A stretch of DNA of 32,000 nt from positions 2,670,001 through 2,702,000 of the forward strand of contig NC_002677.1 in NCBI RefSeq assembly GCF_000195855.1, read 5' to 3'. The translations under genes were made by a program, and so were the position numbers. The notes beneath the pieces were generated by a model. That model saw only the letters and a list, made by a program, of their open reading frames with translations, was not told where the DNA came from and did not search any database. Shown here piece after piece: positions 1-9,519 of the stretch (positions within the stretch are counted from its first letter, which is position 1; each line of letters opens with the position of its first letter). This stretch comes from Mycobacterium leprae TN (GTDB taxonomy: Bacteria > Actinomycetota > Actinomycetes > Mycobacteriales > Mycobacteriaceae).

Positions 1-129
1 GGTACTGGGCTACCTAGCGAGCACGAGTTGAGGTCGATCAAGTTAGACACCTACTCCTACTATGGTCAGGCCCAAGACCCCGGGGGGTCGTACAAACGCT
101 ACGGGGCTTTAGTCAAGCTATACTGGTAA
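1..129 (+). CDS. 3' end of an unidentified CDS entering from the left edge (42 codons, then TAA at 127-129)
   Basis: Frame 1 is open from position 1 (GTGLPSEHELRSIKLDTYSYYGQAQDPGGSYKRYGALVKLYW*). Third-position G+C is about 70 percent by my count, which is coding-like. It is too short for the ORF track, and I recognise no family. Confidence 0.3.
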   Translation, partial: GTGLPSEHELRSIKLDTYSYYGQAQDPGGSYKRYGALVKLYW

Positions 130-321
130 CGGGCCAGATACAGACAGGAATTTCGCCGCATCCGGTCAGGTGATTCTGCCCACATCGACCTTCGAGAGAG
201 CCCATTCGATTGGGGGCTTCACAGCAAGCTACCGCATACTTGATGCCATGCTGTCTGCGACATCACCGCAAACCGTTTATACGGTGCTAAGTGGTGCGCT
301 CGTAATGAGTCGAGGTTTCTG

Positions 322-1872
322 ATGGCGCGTTCCCACAATCCTCGGCACCGGCATCGCGCCATTCATAAGCCGTCGCGAATCCGCATAGCGCTGACTCGGA
401 GCTTCATGACGCTCACATCGTTCGTCGCAGTGCTGCTGACTGGAGCCGGCTATTGGGTAGCCCACCGTGCGCTAGAAGACATCACCGTTTCGCAAGCTCT
501 CACCACGGACGATCCGCGATCCACCGATAACAACATAAACATCTTGCTCATAGGCTTAGACTCACGCAAAGACCAGCAGGGTAATGATCTACCTTGGTCG
601 ATCCTGAAGCAGCTGCACGCTGGCGATTCCAACGACGGGGGCTACAACACCAACACCCTGATATTGGTGCACGTCGGTGCCGACAACAAAGCAGTCGCAT
701 TTTCGATCCCCCGCGATGATTGGGTGCCCTTCAGCGACGTCCCCGGATACAATCACATCAAGATCAAAGAGGCCTACGGGCTGACCAAGCAATATGTCAC
801 CCAGAAACTCATCGACCAGGGTGTCACGGATCAGAAAGAGCTGGAGACACAGGGGCGCGAAGCCGGCCGGGCAGCAACCTTGCGCATAGTGCGAAGCCTG
901 ACCGGCGTGTCGATCGACTATTTCGCCGAGGTCAATTTAGCCGGTTTCTATGATCTGACCCACACCTTGGGTGGTGTTGAAGTGTGCCTCAATCACGCCG
1001 TCTACGACTCATATTCCGGTGCCGACTTCCCAGCCGGGCGACAACGACTGGATGCTTCAGAAGCACTCGCGTTTGTCCGGCAGCGTCATGGCCTCGACAA
1101 TGGGGACCTTGACCGCACCCATCGACAGCAGGCATTCATATCCTCAGTCATGCGGGAGCTTGGGGACACCGGCACCTTCACCAACCTAGACAAGCTCAGG
1201 AGCTTGATGGCGGTGGCGCGCAAAGATGTCGTGTTATCGGCAGGTTGGAACGAAGACTTGATCCAACGATTAGGAACGCTCGCGAACGACGTAGGAGAAA
1301 ACCGTACCCAATTCCGGACGCTGCCGGTAGTACGCTATGATAACATCAATGGGCAAGCCGTTAACATTATTGACCCGGTCGCTATCAAAGCTGAGGTAGC
1401 GTCGACGATCGGCACCGCCTCACCCGCAACAGCAACTCCCAGCAAGCCAAATCCGTCCACTGTCGTCGACGTGATAAATGCCGGAAGATTGACCGGACTC
1501 GCCAGCGAGGTATTCCAAACGCTGAAAAAGCACGGCTACACTGCAGGTCAGGTCCGCGACCGCAGCTCAGGCGAGCCGACTACCACCTCGATCCAATACG
1601 GCGCCGGAGCAGACACTGATGCCCAGAACGTGGCCACCCTGCTCAGCATTGACGCCCCTAATCAAGCGGATCCTAAGTTGGCATCCGGACACATCCGAGT
1701 GATCGTTGACACCAATTATTCGTTGCCCGCCGACGAGGACAGCACAATGGACGAAACCATCACTTCTCAGAAGGTCGGAACATATCCTCCGTACAGCTAC
1801 AACACCAGCCCTTACCCTACGCCCGACCAAGGGAAACCTATCGACGGCGGTGGCATCCCCTGCGTCAACTAG
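322..1872 (+). CDS. cpsA: LytR-CpsA-Psr (LCP) family cell-wall glycopolymer transferase with N-terminal TM anchor and C-terminal LytR_C-like and Pro-rich tail
   Basis: 516-aa ORF. It has a TM segment (LTSFVAVLLTGAGYWVA), an LCP core (NILLIGLDSR...NTNTLILVHV...SIPRDDWV...AFVRQRHGLDNGDLDRTHRQQAF) and a tail resembling the M. tuberculosis Rv3484 type. The ATG at 322 is the first start in the frame. Confidence 0.9.
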   Translation: MARSHNPRHRHRAIHKPSRIRIALTRSFMTLTSFVAVLLTGAGYWVAHRALEDITVSQALTTDDPRSTDNNINILLIGLDSRKDQQGNDLPWSILKQLHAGDSNDGGYNTNTLILVHVGADNKAVAFSIPRDDWVPFSDVPGYNHIKIKEAYGLTKQYVTQKLIDQGVTDQKELETQGREAGRAATLRIVRSLTGVSIDYFAEVNLAGFYDLTHTLGGVEVCLNHAVYDSYSGADFPAGRQRLDASEALAFVRQRHGLDNGDLDRTHRQQAFISSVMRELGDTGTFTNLDKLRSLMAVARKDVVLSAGWNEDLIQRLGTLANDVGENRTQFRTLPVVRYDNINGQAVNIIDPVAIKAEVASTIGTASPATATPSKPNPSTVVDVINAGRLTGLASEVFQTLKKHGYTAGQVRDRSSGEPTTTSIQYGAGADTDAQNVATLLSIDAPNQADPKLASGHIRVIVDTNYSLPADEDSTMDETITSQKVGTYPPYSYNTSPYPTPDQGKPIDGGGIPCVN

Positions 1873-1917
1873 TGGCGATCGCAAACACGGCGACGCCGAG
1901 CGTTAGGATCGCCACTA
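1870..1917. terminator. Stem-loop between convergent cpsA and the SDR pseudogene (11-bp stem, 26-nt loop with an inner hairpin); candidate bidirectional terminator
   Basis: tagtggcgatc (1870-1880) is the exact reverse complement of gatcgccacta (1907-1917). An inner hairpin cggcg-a-cgccg lies at 1888-1898. The cpsA TAG stop is part of the stem. There is no T-tract, which is common for mycobacterial terminators. Confidence 0.4.
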
Positions 1918-1924
1918 ATCAGAC

Positions 1925-2716
1925 TACTAGGCGTAGGTACCTCGTCGATGTGAATTTCAGTGCCGGTGATGAACGTGCCTCCTAGGACGTCCTAGGACAC
2001 CGGCATGGCGATCGACGCCAACAACGGCAGCAGGATTGGCCATCCCGATGCTGCTGGATTGCAGCGCAGTGGACGGTATAGGCATGAGCCTGAGAAACAG
2101 CGACCAAGCAGCATCTTTCGGGAGGTAGCCCGGCCCAACGCAGACCGCACGCAAACCCTCCCTCGAGTATTCGAGTGCCAATGAATGGGTAAAAGCCTGA
2201 ATACCGACCTTGCTAGCCGCGTATGCTTCCATCTACGGGCGCGCAAAAGATGCCGAAGTGGAGCTGAAATGCACAATCGCGCTGCGCGAATTCGGCGAGT
2301 AGCGTCGGCAGTACTTCGCGGACCACCAGGAAAGTACCGGTCCCGGGTTGAGGGGATGATTCGATTCCACTGCTGCGTGCTGATTTGAGGAGTGTGAGCT
2401 GCACCCAAGATTCTGGCTAGCGTTAATCAATGAATCCAAGCCGAGGAACGTTTCAACTGCCCAGCGTACGCCCTCGATGACGGAATCCTCCTTAACGACA
2501 TCTATATCTGGATAGTGGTCAGCTGGTTGCCGATTGCCGCCTCATCGGCCCGAGCACGGGTACTTGATCAGCCCGTCCGCCGGCGATGTCGCGGCCCCTA
2601 CCACAGTGGCCCCCTCGTCCAGCAGCCGCAACACGGTGGCTTGACCGATACCCGACGCCGCACCGGTCCCTAGGGTCCGATAACCTGCGAGACGCCTCGG
2701 ATAGCACATTCTTCAT
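1925..2716 (-). pseudogene. Short-chain dehydrogenase/reductase pseudogene (position matches the Rv3485c-type gene)
   Basis: SDR motifs are spread over at least 3 minus-strand frames. These are the Rossmann motif TGAASGIGQATVLRLLDEGATVV (about 2620-2690), the catalytic YAASKVGIQAFTHSLALEY and RAVCVGPGY (ORF 1957-2232), and a C-terminal GGTFITGTEIHIDE in another frame near 1930-1985. Confidence 0.7.
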
Positions 2717-2755
2717 CTTTCACCAAGCCTCGGAAAACCCGGCATGGTGGATGAC

Positions 2756-3663
2756 ATGAACATCTAATTTATCAGCCTGGGGAGCATGGGCAGCGGCATG
2801 GCTGCCAAGCTGTTGAAAGCCGGTCACCAGGTCACCGTCTACAACCGGTTCACCCGACAAAGGCGGAATCCCTCGTTCGGCAAGGCGCGACGGCGGCACG
2901 CAGCCGAAGCCAGCAGTGGTGCGGTTGTTTTCTCTATGTTCTCCGACTATCGGGCCGGTCGAGGACATGGCGTTTGGCCAAGACAGAATTGTGAACTTTG
3001 CTAGCCCCTGGCGCCACCCAATTATCTCATCGAGCACCATCAGCGTCGCGCTGTTGGAGCGCCCGACGGCCGCGCACGCTGAAGCCGGTCAGCAGCGTAT
3101 ACCGGCGGGCACCGGTGTTCTACAGAACCGAAGCCTCCTCTAAGGCAAAACTTTTCGTGATAGCCGCGGGCGACCCGGAAGCTCTAGAGCCGCTGCGCCC
3201 CGCTGTTCGACACTATCGGCCAGCAGACCTTCGTGGTATCCGACCAACCGCATACCGTCACCTTGGTGAAGTTGAGCGGAAACTTCCTGCTTACGTCGAC
3301 CATTGAAGCAGTCGGCGAGGCCGTCGCGCTGGTCGCCAAGGCAGTAGTCGACAAGCTGCAGTTGACATCCTCGCCTCAACGTTGTTCACCGTGCTGGCGT
3401 ATCAGACCTACGGCGGGCTGATCGCGCTACAGGAATTCGAGCCGGCCGGATTCGTAGCGAAACTCAGCCTCAAAGACGGGAGGCCGGTGTTCACCAGCGC
3501 ATCAGACCTGCAGATGCCGCTCCCCGGAGCCAGTTTACTGCACGGCCGCCTGCTTAGCCTGGCGGCAACCAGCAACAGACACCTGGACTGGTCTGCCGTC
3601 ACTACGCTCACCTACCGCGACACCGGCACGGCGTCCACCCCAGACTCACACCATCCCACTTAG
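2756..3663 (+). pseudogene. Beta-hydroxyacid (3-hydroxyisobutyrate/6-phosphogluconate-type) dehydrogenase pseudogene
   Basis: The reading ATG AAC ATC TAA TTT ATC AGC CTG GGG AGC ATG GGC... gives MNI*FISLGSMGSGMAAKLLKAGHQVTVYNR. This is the NAD-binding GxGxMG motif with an in-frame TAA at 2765-2767. Later parts of the fold (KLFVIAAGDPEALEPL, LVKLSGNFLLTSTIEAVGEAVALVAKA, FEPAGFVAKLSLKD) lie in three different frames. Confidence 0.65.
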
Positions 3664-4440
3664 ACCGTCGGCGCCGAACACGAGTTCCAACATCGCAGAG
3701 AAGTTGAGACCGCGTCGCAATATCTGCCCGCCGCCGACATTGATGACTTACCCGGTGATTCAACTGGCCACATCGCTGAGCAAAACATTGCTAGGTTGGC
3801 GATGTCATCGACCTCACCCATCCGTGGCAACGGTGTGCAGATTCGGTAATCCCGCGTTCCGCTCCGGCGAATCAGTCACGGGCTAGAATTAGATCCGTGC
3901 GGACCAAGTCTGGGCGAAAATACCGTTGCCCCTCACCCACGACGAGCCGAGCTCATCGACAGGCCAACATCAACATGTGATCAACAGGCGACTTGGTGAC
4001 CCCGTAGGCGCCAAACCAACAGGGGGTTTTACTGGCCAGCGACGGACCAATTCCGACGAATGAACCAGCACCACCGTGCATCACTAACCTGCCACGTACT
4101 TGAGCATGTATCTGGCCCCGTTGATATCCAGGGCTACGGTACGTCGCCACGCCTACAGAGTCAATCTGGCTAGATCGGCCCGATGGCCTTCCGAGCCGGC
4201 CCGCACAATGCACCCCACACCATGCAGCCAACCGTGCCAAACCGTCGCGGCATCCACCACACGGGCGTTTTCGTCTTCACCGGTTCTGTCGGCGGTCGCA
4301 CAGCGAATCGAGCCGCCGTTGAGCCTCGAGTCCTTGTATGCTGTTGACAGCCGCTACCAGCCGGTTAGTGTCGCCCCGACGATCGTGACGGCGGCCCCGG
4401 CCGCGACAAGTCCGCGGCCAGGGCCGGTAAACATGTAGTA
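3664..4440 (-). pseudogene. Probable hormone-sensitive-lipase-family esterase pseudogene (lipF-like by position)
   Basis: The minus-strand fragments are VMHGGAGSFVG (an HGG oxyanion-type motif, ORF 3953-4240) and VINVGGGQILRRGLNFSAMLE near 3690-3770 (resembling the C-terminal G-D-x-L region). They are in different frames, and no long ORF exists. The assignment is tentative. Confidence 0.35.
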
Positions 4441-4599
4441 ATATCCGATTCTTCTAAAGAAAGCTGCACCTGGTTCCCTTACGCCCAAACTAAAAGCAGG
4501 TTCTCGCAATAGAAACATGTGGCCCGCCCGTAGCTGCTACGGCACAGCGTGGCAAGCCCACTTACGCCAGCTTAGCGGTGCGCCAGTCCTCCACATCGG

Positions 4600-5470
4600 G
4601 CGGCAGGCCAACCGGAGGTACCGGCTCTCGTTGTGGGCTGACCAATAGGCGTACCCAAGGCTCGTGCATGTGGAAGTTATGCCGCAGCGCCTCGGTGAAT
4701 CTCATAGCATCGAAGGCAGCGTTGACCGAGTATCTTGATCAGCAGCGTCACTATCGTGGGCCGTTCGGCGACGCGGAGGGCGAACTCGAGCGTCTTGGCC
4801 TGCCCAGCTCATTGAGCAGGAAAACCGTGGACACCATGCCCAGCCGATAGGCCTCGTCGGTATCCAAACGCATCGCCTATCAACAGCAGCTTTTTGACCT
4901 TAAGCGGACCAAATTCCCAAGGGTGAGCGTAATATTCGACGCACGTAATACTCATGCACACCGCAACCACATCGCTGAACTTCAGCGTTATCAGCAGCAA
5001 CAATCAGATCGCATGCCCAGATCAGCATCAAGCCTGCAAATATCCGCGTCGCCCTGAACCTGGATGGTGGTGACTTTACGCAGGTCACGCCAGCGACAGG
5101 TGTTTTAGAATTAATGTAGTGCCCCTCCCGCAGATTTAGGTCTTCTCTGCGACCGCATCGCGGGTAGCATCGTGTGAACGGAAGGCCGGATGTTGCACCG
5201 GTCCGAGCTTGTGTTCCAATAACTCCGGGTCCGAGCCCGAGTCGTGACCAGCGGAAAGATTCCTGCTGCGCGCCGCCAAAATCACCACACGAACGGCGCC
5301 GTCAGCCTCGGTGTGGCAAAACGCCTCATCAAGTTGAAACAGCTAAGGTATAGTTCTGCGCGTTGTGAACGCCGGACCGGTTGAACCAGATCCGCGCGAT
5401 GCGATCGCCATCGAGAGTCTTCTAGACCACCAAAACTCTTTTGTTTGTTGATTTGGCCGGAAATTGTCAT
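4600..5470 (-). pseudogene. Enoyl-CoA hydratase/isomerase (crotonase) family pseudogene
   Basis: The minus-strand fragments fall in several frames. They are GDRIARIWFNRSGVHNAQN (the crotonase N-terminal LNRP..NA pattern), AGLMLIWACDLIVAADNAE (the oxyanion-hole helix region, ORF 4900-5088) and DTDEAYRLGMVSTVF followed by AGQAKTLEFALRVAERP. Stops and frameshifts lie between them. Confidence 0.5.
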
Positions 5471-6114
5471 TCGGCCTACCTCACTTATCAGGATCGCTGC
5501 ATACCCGGCCCCCGGTCCTTTGCACATTAGCAGCCAACACCCAGAGCGTTCGCCGCCAGGTTGATCGGTGTCAGTAGCTGCAAATCTTCACCATGCCAAC
5601 AGTTCCTCCAACATCGAACAGTCCGACCGTGCACCCCGACCTGCTCTACCCGTCGGTTCCGACGGCACACCACTACGGCTGATTAAGTGCCGCTGCCAGA
5701 AGAGCCGCGGCAGTCCTGAGTAAGGCCACGAGACGGGCATGTTCTGCGTTCTGTTGCTTCGACTGGTCAATTGGGGAGAATTTGCTCGGAAGCCACGGCT
5801 GAACCGTCGTTGTCAATATCGCTCCTGCACAGCCGCTCGTACCCTGTCTCAGGGATGGTGTTACCGAGCGTGTCTGCCACCACCCGAATCGCCATCCGTT
5901 CCATGTCATAGCGGTCGTGAACCGAAGCGATTGTCCGCCCCTCCTTGCGATGTGACGCAAAATTGACCCGTTTTGCGACCCAGGCTGATACCGCCCGCGT
6001 CATCTCTTAGTCTGCCACCTCTACGCCAGCGCTGAAGGCCACTGCTTGCTGTCAGTCCAACTGCTGGCCCAACTCCGATTCACACTGGCGAAACCCAGTT
6101 TACCACTGGGCCAG

Positions 6115-6553
6115 TTAAGCTTCCTGCCAAGCTAGCTCAGCCTTATGCTGCGCAACCTGCACTTCGGGCTGGGCAAGCTGCACTTCCCGACGGCGAAGCT
6201 GAGCTAACTGCTGAGGAAGCAGGGCTCCCCACTGAGCGAGTTGAGCTTCCAGATGGGAAAGTTGCGCTTCGTGCTGGTAAATATAGGAATCTTGTACTGG
6301 ACGACCTGGCCTTCGTGATTAAACATGGCAGTTTCTCGCTCGGTCAGCGCAACTTCTCGGTTGCGGAGCCCCATCCTGGTTGCGCAGTTCAGCGTTCCGA
6401 TTGCGGAACTCCACGTCTTCCTCGATATGTCGAGTCCGCTCCTGCTCGGCCAAGTCGATGAAGACACCGACTTCTTGCTCACTGTAACAGCGCTTGCCAA
6501 TGTACGACCTCGAGAAGGCGATATTGTTGGGCATCGGCTGGAATGAGGATCAT
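6115..6553 (-). pseudogene. DivIVA-domain coiled-coil protein pseudogene (at least 3 frameshifts)
   Basis: The minus strand has GGGAGGA, 7 nt, then ATG at 6553, giving MILIPADAQ. After a frameshift it reads NIAFSRSYIGKRCYSEQEVGVFIDLAEQERTRHIEEDVEFRNRNAEL, which matches the DivIVA N-terminal signature (PADV.N..FS....G.RGY...EVD.FLD). The coiled-coil continuation (LRNREVALTERE..., then QHEAQLSHLEAQLAQ...QLAQLRRREVQLAQPEVQVAQHKAEL) is in two further frames. Confidence 0.6.
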
Positions 6554-7097
6554 TGTTTTTTCCTCCCGGAGTTTTGAGCGCCATCAGGCGAGTCTCCATG
6601 CCGTTTAGGATATTATTTTCCCGCAGCACAGTTCTTTACTTGCCACTGACTGACAAGCATCAGCTCAAACCGACAAACGTGCGGCAGGCTACGGGAAGTG
6701 CGTCAGACAACCAGTTGTTCGCGCTTGGACCGTCGCGTTTTTCGACCTCGGCACCGGTCAAAGCACCTGCCGTCAGCTGTGCGGCAGTCGTCCACCCCAG
6801 GGCCGATAGCCACCCAGTTGCACGCCCTCAACAAAACGGCATCACGGATGCCTCGAATTAGCTAGGAGATCGATCTCAATCGCGTCCTGACCGTGTCGAC
6901 ATTGACAGCCTGCCCAGAATCTCGGCGATCTGTGCCGTACACTCAGCCAGGCGTGATTTGCCTGGCTTGAGTCGGTATCGGCACCAGCCGGTCCCTGATT
7001 GTCCACCTCCTCCCCTGGCCACTAATCTGACCATGATAAACGCTAAAATTCATGCGACAGGCTGCGACGCAGTACGCGTTACCCTTACAGTTAAGTA

Positions 7098-7262
7098 ATG
7101 TCTACGAAATCTGACCCTGGCGAAATCGACGACGTCGAGCCACTGGCCGACAGCACGGCAAGCCAGGCCAGGCGCGTCGTCGCCGCGTATGCCAACGACG
7201 CGGACGAGTGCCGGATTTTCCTATCTATGCTCGGCATTGGGCCAGCGAAACACGAGACGTAA
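7098..7262 (+). CDS. Small conserved hypothetical protein, 54 aa, directly abutting otsA
   Basis: ATG at 7098 through TAA at 7260-7262 gives MSTKSDPGEIDDVEPLADSTASQARRVVAAYANDADECRIFLSMLGIGPAKHET. The stop is immediately followed by the otsA ATG (TAAATG). It is below the ORF-track cutoff. Its position matches the small gene upstream of otsA in M. tuberculosis (Rv3489, from memory). Confidence 0.5.
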   Translation: MSTKSDPGEIDDVEPLADSTASQARRVVAAYANDADECRIFLSMLGIGPAKHET

Positions 7263-8759
7263 ATGACTTCGCGGGGTAACCATGGCTCGAAGACCTCAAG
7301 TGACAAGCACCTCGGGGATTCCGACTTTGTAGTGGTCGCCAATCGCCTGCCAGTTGATCAGGTGCGACTTCCCGATGGCACTGCGATCTGGAAGCGCAGT
7401 CCAGGCGGGTTGGTCACAGCGCTAGAGCCGCTGCTGCGTCAGCGGCGCGGGGCCTGGGTCGGCTGGCCGGGCGTAATAAACGACAACGTGGACCTCGACT
7501 TGACCATCAAGTCGATCGTGCAGGATGGCCTTACTCTTTATCCGGTACGGCTGAACACACATGATGTCGCCGAGTACTACGAGGGGTTCTCGAACGCCAC
7601 GCTGTGGCCGCTATACCACGACGTCATCGTAAAGCCCATTTACCACTGCGAATGGTGGGAACGCTACGTCGATGTCAACCGGCGCTTCGCCGAAACAACG
7701 TCACGCACAGCCGCCTACGGTGGGACCGTATGGGTGCAGGACTACCAACTGCAATTGGTACCGAAGATGCTGCGCATAATGCGGCCCGACTTGACCATCG
7801 GTTTCTTCTTGCACATCCCGTTCCCGCCGGTGGAGCTGTTCATGCAGATACCATGGCGCACCGAGATCATCGAGGGTCTGCTCGGGGCCGACCTAGTGGG
7901 ATTCCATCTGACCAGCGGTGCGCAGAATTTCCTGTTCCTGTCCCGACATCTGCTCGGCGCTAACACGTCGCGCGGATTGGTTGGTGTGCGATCACGGTTC
8001 GGTGAAGTGCAATTGAAGTCCCACACAGTCCAAGTGGGCGCGTTTCCCATCTCGATCGACTCCAAAGAAATCGACCAAGCCACCCGCGACCGCAACGTCC
8101 GGCGCCGCGCCCGCGAAATCCGGGCTGAGCTAGGTAACCCCCGCAAAATCCTGCTCGGCGTTGACCGACTCGACTACACCAAGGGCATCGATGTTCGATT
8201 GAGGGCCTTCGCTGAACTGCTCGCCGAGGGTCGGGCGAAGCGCGACGACACCGTTCTAGTCCAGCTAGCGACACCGAGCCGCGAACGAGTAGAAAGCTAT
8301 AAGATTTTACGCAACGACATCGAACGCCAAGTTGGCCATATCAACGGCGAATACGGCGAGGTCGGTCATCCCGTGGTGCACTACTTGCACCGCCCAATTC
8401 CCCGCGACGAGCTCATCGCGTTCTACGTGGCAAGTGATGTCATGTTGGTCACCCCGCTGCGGGACGGGATGAACCTAGTGGCCAAGGAATACGTCGCGTG
8501 CCGCAACGATCTCGGCGGTGCGCTCGTCCTCAGCGAATTCACCGGAGCAGCCGCGGAACTCCGGCAGGCCTATCTAGTCAACCCACACGACCTAGAAGGG
8601 GTTAAGGACACGATCGAAGCGGCGCTCAACCAGCTGGCCGAAGAAGCACGGCGCCGGATGCGGTCGCTGCGACGCCAAGTGCTCGCCCATGACGTCGATC
8701 GCTGGGCGCGATCATTTCTCGACGCGCTCGCCGAAGCGCCGGCGCGCGACGCGACATAA
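7263..8759 (+). CDS. otsA: Alpha,alpha-trehalose-phosphate synthase (GT20, OtsA)
   Basis: 498-aa ORF with GT20 hallmarks throughout ([98 protein letters not shown]). Confidence 0.95.
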   Translation: MTSRGNHGSKTSSDKHLGDSDFVVVANRLPVDQVRLPDGTAIWKRSPGGLVTALEPLLRQRRGAWVGWPGVINDNVDLDLTIKSIVQDGLTLYPVRLNTHDVAEYYEGFSNATLWPLYHDVIVKPIYHCEWWERYVDVNRRFAETTSRTAAYGGTVWVQDYQLQLVPKMLRIMRPDLTIGFFLHIPFPPVELFMQIPWRTEIIEGLLGADLVGFHLTSGAQNFLFLSRHLLGANTSRGLVGVRSRFGEVQLKSHTVQVGAFPISIDSKEIDQATRDRNVRRRAREIRAELGNPRKILLGVDRLDYTKGIDVRLRAFAELLAEGRAKRDDTVLVQLATPSRERVESYKILRNDIERQVGHINGEYGEVGHPVVHYLHRPIPRDELIAFYVASDVMLVTPLRDGMNLVAKEYVACRNDLGGALVLSEFTGAAAELRQAYLVNPHDLEGVKDTIEAALNQLAEEARRRMRSLRRQVLAHDVDRWARSFLDALAEAPARDAT

Positions 8760-8807
8760 CTTGCATCTCTATGTCACTTCCCACCGTGGTGTTGTCGCCG
8801 AAACGCT

Positions 8808-9434
8808 ATGGATACTCAATTGCAGCGCGAACAGAGGCGCGCCGTGCCATACATCCGTCGCGGGGTTGGCCACTGGTGCTGTCATCCTCACGACCGTTGC
8901 ACTCGGAATTGCATTGCAATCCGCCGATCCCGAAAGTGCCGTTGGCCCACCGCCGGACGGCACCTACAACTTCAACCAAGCCGGTGTCTCCGCGGTTATC
9001 TGGGAACATAACCACATTGTGTGACCAGCCATCCGAAACCCGAAACCAAGCCAATTATTCCAATCCTGTCACCTGGGCGTTCCGATGTACTCCGAATGTG
9101 GGATGAGTCAGACACTTGAGTAGATAACCCGTGTCGACCGACTGCAGAAATTCAGCGCCAGGACTCGGTTGGCTAGCGTGCTTTGGATTTTCCAGTTGAG
9201 ACAACCCGACGGCACACCGTGTCCGAACGGGGCGGCACCTTACCGTCCACCGAAACGCATTCGTCCGATGACGTCACGCTCGGCTAGTTACGCATACCAC
9301 TTTGATACGGTGCAGCCTGCGGCCAGAGATTAAATCAAGCAACCGTTCTCGTTGCAGTTAGGCGAAACCGCCCCAGCCCAACATTATCCATTTTGTACTG
9401 CAATAATATTGCCACGTGTTATTGAGCCGAGTTA
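8808..9434 (+). pseudogene. Decayed conserved secreted/hypothetical protein gene downstream of otsA (Rv3491-like by position)
   Basis: A signal-peptide-like segment plus mature region (GAVILTTVALGIALQSADPESAVGPPPDGTYNFNQAGVS) continues in a second frame (NITTLCDQPSETRNQANYSNPVTWAFRCTPN). It then continues in a third frame (ITRVDRLQKFSARTRLASVLWIFQLRQPDGTPCPNG...KQPFSLQL). Stops separate the pieces. Confidence 0.5.
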
Positions 9435-9519
9435 GGCACGGCCAAACTATGTGTTGTCAATCCCGCCCGGCCAGTAACCAGTAACTTGTCCGTTTAGACT
9501 TCAAGGTGTCGTCGTGATG

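Noticed and set aside
5588-6003. Minus-strand fragments (..KRVNFASHRKEGRTIASVHDRYDMERMAIRVVADTLG..) as a possible amidohydrolase-2-type pseudogene
   Set aside because: The resemblance to the D-x-V-x-F-x-S-D-x-P-H C-terminal pattern is too weak to call from sequence alone. I left it unannotated as unassigned decay.
6553-6861. 102-aa plus-strand ORF next to the DivIVA relic
   Set aside because: It has no motif and poor coding-like composition. Its first codons lie antisense to the start codon and Shine-Dalgarno region of the DivIVA relic. It is most likely a chance ORF in decayed DNA.
7043-7048. taaaat as a -10 promoter element for the small ORF/otsA unit
   Set aside because: It fits TANNNT, but no convincing -35 or spacing could be established. 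Many such hexamers occur by chance in this AT-richer decayed DNA.
7742-8274. Two antisense ORFs (134 and 104 aa) inside otsA
   Set aside because: Both are antisense to a confidently identified GT20 gene, are Arg-rich and have no motifs.
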